A DNA stretch of 64,000 bases, taken from positions 6,742 to 70,741 of the forward strand of contig CAZIOU010000001.1 in the NCBI GenBank assembly GCA_964540995.1. The letters are read 5' to 3'. The stretch's first letter is position 1. Every line of letters starts with the position of its first letter. The DNA is from an uncultured Gammaproteobacteria bacterium (lineage in GTDB: Bacteria > Patescibacteriota > Patescibacteriia > UBA1558 > 2-01-FULL-52-15). The notes beneath the pieces are model-generated. The model had not been told where the DNA came from. It made no database searches and saw only the letters and a program-made list of their open reading frames with translations. The translations under genes were made by a program, and so were the position numbers. Shown piece by piece: positions 18,040-25,907 of this stretch.

Positions 18040-18390
18040 TTGACTGAAGCCGCTTGGCAGAAATTGCTCAAGGACATCACACCTGCGTGGTCTGTCAATG
18101 ACGCGCCTGCACATCAAGTCAACCTCGAAGCCGCCTTCTCTGCGTTGACGCGTCGCGAACAGCAGGTCGTTCTGCACTGGTATCTCCACTTTTCCATGAG
18201 TGGGCAGCGGGACGATCGTCAGATCAACAAGGCAATTGTGCCGCTTCTTCTGACGCCCATGGATCATCGTGATCCGATCGTGATCAATGAACGTCAGGTC
18301 CACGCTTACCGCATGAAGGCGCTGGCCAAGCTCAAACGGCCGGATGTCCAGCGCGTCTTGCGTCGGCAGCCCGACACAGTCGCGGCCTGA
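18040..18390 (+). CDS. small sigma-70 region-4-like HTH protein (TTG start)
   Basis: LTRREQQVVLHWY...RQVHAYRMKALAKLKR resembles the sigma70_r4 helix-turn-helix. RBS ggaggg 8 nt upstream. An overlapping 50-aa upstream ORF (17892-18044) may be translationally coupled. GC ~58%. Confidence 0.4.
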   Translation: MTEAAWQKLLKDITPAWSVNDAPAHQVNLEAAFSALTRREQQVVLHWYLHFSMSGQRDDRQINKAIVPLLLTPMDHRDPIVINERQVHAYRMKALAKLKRPDVQRVLRRQPDTVAA

Positions 18391-18456
18391 CAAGGTTTCA
18401 CCTCCTCGGTATCTACGGGTACCGGGGAGTTTTATTTTTGTGTTACAATTAACTAT

Positions 18457-18996
18457 ATGTTTCTCACTGTGCATGCTACCTTCGGAGCGCTCGTCGCTAC
18501 CCAGACTCCAGGATTAGGAATGGCCTTTGTTGGTGGTTTCCTATCACATTTTCTTCTCGATTTCATCCCTCATGGAGATGAGAAAGTAGGGCAGTGGATC
18601 CTATCTCATAAGAAGAAGTTTATCCTCTTGGCTGGCGCTGATATAACTATTACGGCTTTTATGACGATTGTCATCGCTTCGATAGCCCTAAGCCGTGGTG
18701 ATAACGTGATGAATATACTTTTTGGTATGTTTGGTGCGGTGTTGCCGGACTTTTTGTCTATGGCCTTTCCAGAATTACACCAATTATTCCGTCGCAATAT
18801 TATTATCGACAGCTCATATAAGTTATTACGAGCTTTATCAGTGGCGCAGCTGGTAGCAGTTATCAACGGAATCCATCACCGCATTCACGGTTTCTTCTTG
18901 CGTCGCTATGGTTTCAAATTTTCATTACAAAACGGCTTGCTGTTGCAATCCGTATTCTTGGGGGTGGTGATGTATGTGTTGTTAGGCAGATTGTAG
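18457..18996 (+). CDS. membrane protein, possibly YdjM/DUF457-like membrane-bound metal-dependent hydrolase
   Basis: Polytopic membrane protein; a GGFLSHFLLDFIPHGDEK His/Asp cluster near the N-terminus, as in DUF457. Confidence 0.4.
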   Translation: MFLTVHATFGALVATQTPGLGMAFVGGFLSHFLLDFIPHGDEKVGQWILSHKKKFILLAGADITITAFMTIVIASIALSRGDNVMNILFGMFGAVLPDFLSMAFPELHQLFRRNIIIDSSYKLLRALSVAQLVAVINGIHHRIHGFFLRRYGFKFSLQNGLLLQSVFLGVVMYVLLGRL

Positions 18997-18997
18997 C

Positions 18998-19114
18998 AGC
19001 GGTGCTCGGGGCTCGTCACTTGGTGCTCGGAAGTCGGTGTCCGGATTCCGGGTAGCGGATCCCTGACCCCTCTTTCTTCTCCTCCCAAGTACCTAGTAAC
19101 GAGTTCCGAGTACC
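18998..19114. repeat. GC-rich palindromic intergenic element (family copy 3)
   Basis: ggtgctcggggctcgtcacttggtgctcggaagtcggtgtccggattccgggtagcggatccc...gagttccgagtacc. Confidence 0.7.
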
Positions 19115-21210
19115 TATCTTTTTATTGCCAACTGATACACTTGTGACCCGTTGAGTAAGTAGACGATCTTTTCTTCGCTATCAATGGCGAAGCTTTTCAA
19201 ATTATCAAATTTAGGTGAGGTGAATTGGTCTTTGATATTGCCATTCTTATCCATGATGGCGACGCGTTTATTGGCTGGGTCAAGAATATAGAGCAAATCC
19301 GAATTCTTAGTCGTCATGATCTGGCTGCCAGCACCGAAGGTGGGGAGAGGACGTTGATAGTCGAAGGGCTGTCTCTGGCCTTTGAATAGCTTCACAATAG
19401 TACCTTGATCATCGATCAGCCAGATATTGCCATCGATAGTGATGCTTTGGGTCTTGGCAACCAGCGATTGATCTTGTAGCCAGACTGTTCCGTTACCAAA
19501 TTTACTGCCACTGGTGTCACCACTATTTTTGTAAATAGCACCGCTGATGTGATCGACAACATAGAGATTATCGCCATAGAGCAGTGCTTGATCAATGGCT
19601 TGCATACCGGCATTCCACGTAATAGTAGAAGGAGCAACAGTGGCGCCATTGATAGTCTGGATTTGTCGGTCATTGAGTAATACGAGTGTGCCGTTGCTGG
19701 TATTGAAGAGATAGCCGGTGGTTAGCGGTTGAGTCAGGATTTGTTTGGCCGGTTCGTCAAGTTTGTAGACACCTTGAGCTCCAGAGACATAAGCAGCGCT
19801 ACCGATAAGGGCGAGATGCTTAAATTCTTGGTTGAGACTGGTCAGATCGCGATAGAGTAGTGGTGACTCGACCACATTGATATGGCGTACTTCATTGAGT
19901 TGTCGACCGATCTTCTCGCGTAAATCATTGAGTTGTTTCTGTTGATTACCATCAGCCGGTGACAATTGGTTTAATTTGGTAATCATATCGACGAGGATGC
20001 TTTCGGCTTTCTTGTCGTCTTTGTAGACACGACTGGAGTCTACATCGGATTGCATGGTTCCTAGCTCGGCCAACGTCTCACTGTAGGCTCGGTATTGTTT
20101 GTTAACCTGTAGATCTTGGCCGCGATAGATAATGACATTGAGGATTATCAAGAGGAATATGAAGCAGGCGGTGATCAGCCAACGATGGGTCCAATGTTTC
20201 TCCTTGAAGCTACTATGGAGTGTATCGACGTGAGATTCGAGGCGATTCCATTGGCGATGACTCGCTTCGTTACGATAGCTAGGTTTGGTAGCGAAGTGGA
20301 AGGATTGGATAGCAGTACGAAACACTCCCACGAAGAAGGCGCCAACAAGTTGGAGATAGATCCAAGCATGGACGAAGAAGAAACGGAGTGCCCAACCCAT
20401 ACCTTGGAGTACGGAGTTGGAGATTGGTACTCGGTCCGGACGCCTTGCAGGGATGCGTTGAGTCGGACGATTGGCTTGTTTAGCAGCCGGATTAGTGTTT
20501 CGTGCTGCTACTCGCTGCGTCGTGGCGATGCGCGGGGCCTCTGGTAAGGATTCTTCCTCTTGTCCCTTGAGTACGACCGCTCCGAAGCTGACGAAGCGAG
20601 GTACTTGCTCAAGTAGAAGCTCGAATTTTTCAATTGCTTCAGTAGTAGAGCCAGAAGCGACTATTTGACGTATTTTGATCTCCGAAACATAGTCAGTCAG
20701 CGATGGGGTAGTGAAGAGTAACGTGTCGTCTTCATCCAGATCACCGCTGGTGCAGCTGGAGAAAAGTTTCAAAGGATTTATAACTTTACTGGGTGGGGAG
20801 ACCAAGGTGAAGGCATTGTCATGGAGGATCCAAGCAGCCATCTGGCCGAGGTGTGCGAAGTGTGTCTCACGATCAGCAATGATCGCCACCATGAGATTGA
20901 GCTGTTCGAGCCAACGAGTGTTTTTCTTGGGAGTGATGTGCGGCAACAAGTAGTTGAGTTGCTCTAGAATTTTCTCCAAAGACTGTTCGGGTGGGAGGTT
21001 GGTCGTTTTCAGAAACCACTCATTACATTCTTGACTGATGGCGTCGACTAGATATGACTGATCGAAGCGTGGCAAACGGGCGAAATCAGCAATAACCACC
21101 AAGCGACGTAAGTGGCGGGGGTCGCTCTGAAAGATGCTAATATCACAATGACTCCGGCTGGCGCTGGGGTCATGGATATATAATTTGGCAAGAGAAATGG
21201 GTACAGTCAT
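19114..21210 (-). CDS. large hypothetical membrane protein with a C-terminal beta-propeller-like repeat domain
   Basis: 698 aa. Central TM helices (WALRFFFVHAWIYLQLVGAFFVGVF; WLITACFIFLLIILNVIIY). C-terminal repeats of the type LYVVDHISGAIYK, IWLIDDQGTIVKL, LYILDPANKRVAIMD, IVYLLNGSQVYQL. Confidence 0.55.
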   Translation of the reverse strand: MTVPISLAKLYIHDPSASRSHCDISIFQSDPRHLRRLVVIADFARLPRFDQSYLVDAISQECNEWFLKTTNLPPEQSLEKILEQLNYLLPHITPKKNTRWLEQLNLMVAIIADRETHFAHLGQMAAWILHDNAFTLVSPPSKVINPLKLFSSCTSGDLDEDDTLLFTTPSLTDYVSEIKIRQIVASGSTTEAIEKFELLLEQVPRFVSFGAVVLKGQEEESLPEAPRIATTQRVAARNTNPAAKQANRPTQRIPARRPDRVPISNSVLQGMGWALRFFFVHAWIYLQLVGAFFVGVFRTAIQSFHFATKPSYRNEASHRQWNRLESHVDTLHSSFKEKHWTHRWLITACFIFLLIILNVIIYRGQDLQVNKQYRAYSETLAELGTMQSDVDSSRVYKDDKKAESILVDMITKLNQLSPADGNQQKQLNDLREKIGRQLNEVRHINVVESPLLYRDLTSLNQEFKHLALIGSAAYVSGAQGVYKLDEPAKQILTQPLTTGYLFNTSNGTLVLLNDRQIQTINGATVAPSTITWNAGMQAIDQALLYGDNLYVVDHISGAIYKNSGDTSGSKFGNGTVWLQDQSLVAKTQSITIDGNIWLIDDQGTIVKLFKGQRQPFDYQRPLPTFGAGSQIMTTKNSDLLYILDPANKRVAIMDKNGNIKDQFTSPKFDNLKSFAIDSEEKIVYLLNGSQVYQLAIKR

Positions 21211-21296
21211 AACGACACTATTTTAGCATTTTTTTCCTTTTTGGCCTAGTAATTCCTAGTAGCCAAGAGCAGAAAGTGGTACAATAATCCCGTTCT

Positions 21297-21854
21297 ATGT
21301 TGAAATTACTTTTTGGCTCGACTTTGCGAGCGGGATTGGTACAATTTTTTATTCAAGAGAACCCCGGACCAGTGACGGTTGAGATTTTGGCTCGTCGTTT
21401 GCGCTGCACGACGCGCAAAGTCATGCCTGAATTAGTCTCACTCGAGACAATGGGCTTCGTGATCAAAGTGACAGCCGAAGGTAAGAAAGCTTGGGCTTTG
21501 AATCGGGACTTTCCGTTGTTACCAGAATTCAAATCTCTGATCTATAAGTCATTGATGTTGATGGAGAAAAATCTGGCTTCGTCCCTGGCCACGGTCAAAG
21601 GCGTACAGCTGCTGGTACTGACCGGTATTTTCAATGGCACCGATGTACCAACAGATATTTTCGTCGTTGGGACCGTGGATAAATCGTCCATCCAGCGAGC
21701 TATCAATAAGATTGCTGGAGAATTTCAAGACAGTTTACGCTTTACAGTTTTTAGCAAATCAGAATTTGCCTATCGTCGCAGTATGACTGATAAATTTGTC
21801 TATCAGGTGATGAATCTCAACCCAATCGTGGTAGTCAATAAATTGAACAAATAA
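21297..21854 (+). CDS. hypothetical protein
   Basis: 185-aa ORF, tightly followed (2 nt) by the next gene. Confidence 0.45.
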   Translation: MLKLLFGSTLRAGLVQFFIQENPGPVTVEILARRLRCTTRKVMPELVSLETMGFVIKVTAEGKKAWALNRDFPLLPEFKSLIYKSLMLMEKNLASSLATVKGVQLLVLTGIFNGTDVPTDIFVVGTVDKSSIQRAINKIAGEFQDSLRFTVFSKSEFAYRRSMTDKFVYQVMNLNPIVVVNKLNK

Positions 21855-21855
21855 G

Positions 21856-22263
21856 ATGAAGTCAGCCGTACTCATTATTAGACCGACCAGCGATAATCTA
21901 CTCTACGTCTATACCTTGCGACAGAACGCTCTAAGAAGTGTCTGTGTCTCGGCACCCAAATTGGACTTAGCGCTCCTGCCCTTGGTAGACAAAGTACTGA
22001 AACAGTCTCAGCTCAAATCATCTCATATTACAGCTATTGGCCTGGTGCAGTCGCCCATGAGTCTAGCCTCGCAGCGTCTGGCGGTTTCGGTGGTTAATTC
22101 CTTAGCTTGGGCTTGGGGCATCAAAGTATTTGCTCATCATGGCGATGTCACTGCTGCCGCCATTACCAAGAGCTTGAAGAAAGCTAAGAAAGGCTTTTTA
22201 CAGGGGGAATATAGTTCGGAGCCGAGGATTGGAGCTGATCTATCTAAATTGAAGTCGAACTAA
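21856..22263 (+). CDS. short, degenerate TsaB(YeaZ)-like protein
   Basis: LLPLVDKVLKQSQLKSSHITAIGLVQSPMSLASQRLAVSVVNSLAWAWGIKVFA aligns with E. coli TsaB [54 protein letters not shown], but the GPGSFTG motif is degenerate. Confidence 0.45.
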   Translation: MKSAVLIIRPTSDNLLYVYTLRQNALRSVCVSAPKLDLALLPLVDKVLKQSQLKSSHITAIGLVQSPMSLASQRLAVSVVNSLAWAWGIKVFAHHGDVTAAAITKSLKKAKKGFLQGEYSSEPRIGADLSKLKSN

Positions 22264-22284
22264 AGAAGGTAAAATAAGTTTTTT

Positions 22285-23229
22285 ATGGAGCTAAATTCAA
22301 CCTACGGTATCTATCTGAGCTTGTTAATAGTGATCCTAGTTATTGTAGCTGTAACCGGCGTACTTAGAACGAAAAAACGAATGTCATCTAAAGAAGTAGC
22401 TCTGCATCTGGTCAAAGATTTTTTTGACCTACTATTTGCGGTTGCATCGCCTATCGTTATCACTTTTGCTTACCTTGCTCCCTATACATCATCTGAAGTC
22501 GGAATGGGAATTTTAGTTTATGTCTCTCAATGTGTAATTGCAATTTTTGTATTATTGCTGGCAACCCCTTTTACCATAGATCGTTTTTTAAAAAAGGCAA
22601 AAACACTAAGTAATTTAGCTATAAGGATAGCAATTTTAGTATTATTAGTTATTATCATTGCCTGCTTTGCTTATTACCAAGCCAGCACCAAGAAAGCCCA
22701 ATATGATAATTTTGTGCAGCAGCAAAATGCTGCCTATGAGCTAAAGAGCAAAAACGAATTAAATGTGCTTAATCAAGCCCAGGTAGTAGCTGATTGCCAA
22801 TCACTTTCCTCGGATTATTACTGGCGCGAATGTATTACTAAGACAGTAAAGACAGATACTGATTTTAAGACTTGTAAAAGTCAAAAAATGAGTAGCACAT
22901 ATTTTTGTGCAGCCGCTTTGGCGAAGAAAACGCATGACATTAGCATATGTGACAACCAACTAGATATTAAAACTCGATATATGTGCGTACTCCATTCTTA
23001 TATTTGGAGTTCGTACGAATCTAATCAGATTCTTGAATGTGAGGGGATGCGGAGCTCAGATCAACAATATAGTCAGTGTTTAGTTAGTATTACCAAAGAT
23101 CCTCAAATCGCTAATCAGGGGCTGGGTTTCCAGTCCAAAGTATGTTTGGATTTTCTAGAAGTGAAAACGTTAGATGCAAATTCTCAGAAGGTATTTCACA
23201 GGTACTGTGACACCTTCCAACCTTTGTAA
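22285..23229 (+). CDS. hypothetical membrane protein with a Cys-rich C-terminal domain
   Basis: 314 aa; 4 hydrophobic helices, then a domain with ~16 Cys. Confidence 0.5.
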   Translation: MELNSTYGIYLSLLIVILVIVAVTGVLRTKKRMSSKEVALHLVKDFFDLLFAVASPIVITFAYLAPYTSSEVGMGILVYVSQCVIAIFVLLLATPFTIDRFLKKAKTLSNLAIRIAILVLLVIIIACFAYYQASTKKAQYDNFVQQQNAAYELKSKNELNVLNQAQVVADCQSLSSDYYWRECITKTVKTDTDFKTCKSQKMSSTYFCAAALAKKTHDISICDNQLDIKTRYMCVLHSYIWSSYESNQILECEGMRSSDQQYSQCLVSITKDPQIANQGLGFQSKVCLDFLEVKTLDANSQKVFHRYCDTFQPL

Positions 23230-23317
23230 GTTTTTAAATTTAAGAAGCTGGGTTGCTCCTAAATACAGTGCTGCGCCGAGGATTGGGTAGAAGAGGGGAG
23301 AGATTGCAAATTTAATT

Positions 23318-23436
23318 GGCCTCTGGCCGAGAAATTAGGTATCCGCGATCCGGACCCCGGATAGCGGATACCGACTTCCGAGCACCGAGTCGCCCGCCCG
23401 ACCGCGAAGACGCGTCGAGTCGGGCAGGCGAGTCCC
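23318..23436. repeat. GC-rich palindromic element (family copy 4; inverted copy of the 13914-14085 element)
   Basis: ggcctctggccgag...atccgcgatccggaccccggatagcggataccgacttccgagcaccgagtcgcccgcccgaccgcgaagacgcgtcgagtcgggcaggcgagtccc is the reverse complement of 13921-14060. Confidence 0.75.
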
Positions 23437-23533
23437 AAGTACCCTCTGCCAACATTGACATAGTCCCCAAACTATGTTATTTTAATTTATTCCAAATTTT
23501 TTTGGCTGTTCTCTCACAAATAAAGGAGTATAT

Positions 23534-24046
23534 GTGAATAAGGTTTATGTTATCCTTCGCGGTCTGCCGGGAGCCGGCAAGACTACCTTGGCCGAACTTT
23601 TGGCCAAGCATCTGAACGCTATGGTCGCCAGCGCCAACCATTTCTTCGAACAGAGCGGAACGTTTATCTTTGACCGTACCAAATTGGGTGCGGCGCATGC
23701 CTTCTGTTTCGCGGAATTCAAAAGCGCTTTGGATCAGGGCCAGTCTGTTATCGTTGATAACACCAATTCGACTAAGGCCGAGTATCTGCCGTACATGGCG
23801 TGTGCCGCATTGGCAGGTTATAAGGTTGTCATTTTCGAGATCAACGCAGCCGAAAGGCATTTGCCTCATTTGTTCTTCACTCGCGGCACCCATAATGTGC
23901 CGCTGATCACTTTTGACAACATGTGGTGTCGCTGGGAAAAGGATTCGGGGGCCGTGATGATCAACTGGGATGATTTCCATCCCGATCATCCGCTGCCGGA
24001 AAAGATTCTGAACGCACTCAATAAGGGAGGTGACGATGCTTCGTAA
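23534..24046 (+). CDS. P-loop kinase resembling the kinase domain of polynucleotide 5'-kinase (AAA_33-like), stand-alone
   Basis: Walker A ILRGLPGAGKTT; VIVDNTNSTKAEYLPYMACAALAGYKVV and FFTRGTHNVPLITFDNMW resemble T4 Pnk VIISDTNLNPERR... and [20 protein letters not shown]. GC-rich. Confidence 0.55.
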   Translation: MNKVYVILRGLPGAGKTTLAELLAKHLNAMVASANHFFEQSGTFIFDRTKLGAAHAFCFAEFKSALDQGQSVIVDNTNSTKAEYLPYMACAALAGYKVVIFEINAAERHLPHLFFTRGTHNVPLITFDNMWCRWEKDSGAVMINWDDFHPDHPLPEKILNALNKGGDDAS

Positions 24047-24593
24047 TATCGTACTGCTTTTGATCACCGCTCTGTTCTCTGGTTGCGGTCAGGATTGTCC
24101 GACAGTCACCAAACCGTCGGAACCGCAGCTCGTCTTCCGCAACATGGAGGAGAGTCTGACTTTCATGGGGCAGCCCACGCTGACGCTGGTCGACGGTCGT
24201 ACCGCTTCCGCCGTCAGTTACTGGCAGGAGTTCTACAGTCCTGATGACCATCACATTGGTGGCAAGATCTATTGTGTCATCATCTGGGATGATCATGGTC
24301 AGCGTCTGGCTGAATCCTACGGCATCTACTGCGGTGGATTCGAGCTGAAGCCAGATCTGGGTGAAGTGGACTTCAACGCTTTGATTCACGACTTCGGGAA
24401 TGAGATGAGTCGTATGAGTAAGGTCGAGGTTTTTCTCCAGGCTCATATGCCTGATTTCCAGATTTCCGATCAGCCCCATTTCTACGTCAGGTATCATGCG
24501 GTACTATTCAATACCCTGCCCAACGATTTTCTGGTCGGTTGTGCCCTTCGCAGCGGCGATACCAATAATCCTGCTGCTGGTTGCGGTCCGTAG
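24036..24593 (+). CDS. hypothetical lipoprotein
   Basis: RBS ggaggtg; signal peptide with lipobox LFSGC. Overlaps the stop of the kinase gene. Confidence 0.5.
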   Translation: MLRNIVLLLITALFSGCGQDCPTVTKPSEPQLVFRNMEESLTFMGQPTLTLVDGRTASAVSYWQEFYSPDDHHIGGKIYCVIIWDDHGQRLAESYGIYCGGFELKPDLGEVDFNALIHDFGNEMSRMSKVEVFLQAHMPDFQISDQPHFYVRYHAVLFNTLPNDFLVGCALRSGDTNNPAAGCGP

Positions 24594-24618
24594 GTACTCA
24601 AACCGAAGGAGCTAAGTC

Positions 24619-25113
24619 ATGGGTCTGATCGAGTTGGTAAAAATGCCAGTCGCCATCACCATGTTGACCGATGCACTGGAGTGGGTTTTCCCCAAACTTC
24701 AGCACCTGCGTGATCTTGAGTCTGGAGCTTATGGAGGCTATTTCAGCGTTCGGGATCACTTCACGGGTGAGATGATCTTCGTCAGCGGTGTCGGGTGTGT
24801 CTTGGCGGAGAAGGCCGAGGAGGATTTTCGTCTTTCTTTGGAAAATTCGGCACGTCTGTTCCAGAACCCTGACCATGCTAGTAGCTCGCAAAGCCGGCAG
24901 CCGGATCAGAAACAGTGTGCCGGTGCCGTCAGGACGGTAGGTGGTCTCATTTCCTTCGCTGGGTTATCCGGAGATGATCAGAACGAGGTTTTGGTCCTGG
25001 CGGTAGGTCACAAATCAGGACTGCTCCGTCTGCCTGACGCGCGATACATCGCGAGTCTCTCGGGCAATCAGCTGTTCGAAGCTGCCTTCGACTATTTACA
25101 CCTGAACGGCTGA
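24619..25113 (+). CDS. hypothetical protein
   Basis: RBS aaggag 8 nt upstream; 164 aa; followed by a perfect terminator. Confidence 0.5.
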   Translation: MGLIELVKMPVAITMLTDALEWVFPKLQHLRDLESGAYGGYFSVRDHFTGEMIFVSGVGCVLAEKAEEDFRLSLENSARLFQNPDHASSSQSRQPDQKQCAGAVRTVGGLISFAGLSGDDQNEVLVLAVGHKSGLLRLPDARYIASLSGNQLFEAAFDYLHLNG

Positions 25114-25126
25114 TCAAGTTAGCACA

Positions 25127-25167
25127 CCCCCGTCATCGAGCTGAGCTCGATGACGGGGGATTTTTTT
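25127..25167 (+). terminator. Rho-independent terminator (contains the recurrent 19-mer catcgagctgagctcgatg)
   Basis: cccccgtcatcgagc tga gctcgatgacggggg a ttttttt. Confidence 0.8.
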
Positions 25168-25186
25168 AAATTGCAATTAGTTACTT

Positions 25187-25287
25187 GATGCTCGGAAATC
25201 GCTATCCGATATCTAGGGTTTGCGATCCGGATACCGGGTAGCTGATAGCGTTCTTTAACGAGCCCCAAGTTGCGAGTACCAAGTACC
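25187..25287. repeat. GC-rich palindromic intergenic element (family copy 5)
   Basis: gatgctcggaaatcgctatccgatatctagggtttgcgatccggataccgggtagctgatagcg...gagccccaagttgcgagtaccaagtacc. Confidence 0.65.
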
Positions 25288-25344
25288 ACCCTTATTAATT
25301 GACAATAATGTCAAAAGTAATCCTAGCAATGTGGATCACCGTGG

Positions 25345-25373
25345 TTGAAAAATAGAACCAAGTGGTATATAAT
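25345..25373 (+). promoter_or_regulatory. sigma70-type promoter of the dcw operon (TTGAAA-17 nt-TATAAT)
   Basis: ttgaaaaatagaaccaagtggtatataat; the near-consensus hexamers are 17 nt apart. Confidence 0.6.
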
Positions 25374-25400
25374 GGTACCAAGTGGGAGAAAGTGGGGATA
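25358..25400 (+). promoter_or_regulatory. candidate MraZ operator: direct repeats of (A)AGTGG(G) at ~10-bp phasing overlapping/downstream of the -10
   Basis: ccaagtgg...ccaagtggg agaa agtgggg. MraZ is known to bind direct GTGG-type repeats in its own promoter (E. coli TGGGN, Mollicutes AAAGTGK). Confidence 0.4.
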
Positions 25401-25429
25401 AGTATACGCTTATGTGTATAACTTTGACC

Positions 25430-25464
25430 CTCCTAACTCCTAACTCCTAACTCCTAACTCCTAA
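25430..25464 (+). repeat. perfect heptamer tandem repeat (CTCCTAA)x5 in the mraZ 5' leader
   Basis: ctcctaactcctaactcctaactcctaactcctaa, ending 11 nt before the mraZ GTG. Confidence 0.9.
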
Positions 25465-25475
25465 CTTCACTTCCT

Positions 25476-25907
25476 GTGTTTATTGGCGAGTATCAGTATA
25501 ATCTTGATGATAAGAATCGCTTAATGGTGCCAGCGAAATTTCGAGCGAAACTTGGCAAAGGAGCAGTAGTGACCAGAGGCTTGGATAATTGTTTATTTAT
25601 CTATCCGCAAGCAGAGTGGCTGAAGTTATCAGGTAAAATTTCTGATCTACCTATCGGACAAGCTAAGTCTCGCGCTTTCGCCCGTTTGATGTTATCGGGA
25701 GCGATGGAAGTAGAATTTGATGGCCAAGGACGTATTACCTTACCAGAGTATTTGAAGAAGTTCGCAGGACTCAAGAAAGCTGTCGTAATGGCGGGATTGA
25801 TGAACCGATTGGAAATCTGGGATGAAGCCAAGTGGCGTAAGTATCAGACAGAGACGGAGCGAGATAGTACCGATATTGCCGAAAATCTGGGAAGTCTAGG
25901 AGTCTAA
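25476..25907 (+). CDS. mraZ: transcriptional regulator MraZ (GTG start)
   Basis: MFIGEYQYNLDDKNRLMVPAKFR... duplicated MraZ fold; 143 aa. Confidence 0.9.
   Translation: MFIGEYQYNLDDKNRLMVPAKFRAKLGKGAVVTRGLDNCLFIYPQAEWLKLSGKISDLPIGQAKSRAFARLMLSGAMEVEFDGQGRITLPEYLKKFAGLKKAVVMAGLMNRLEIWDEAKWRKYQTETERDSTDIAENLGSLGV

Noticed and set aside
17902-18474. 190-aa minus-strand ORF
   Set aside because: Antisense to two plus-strand genes with RBSs in a GC-rich segment. Arg-rich composition typical of antisense frames.
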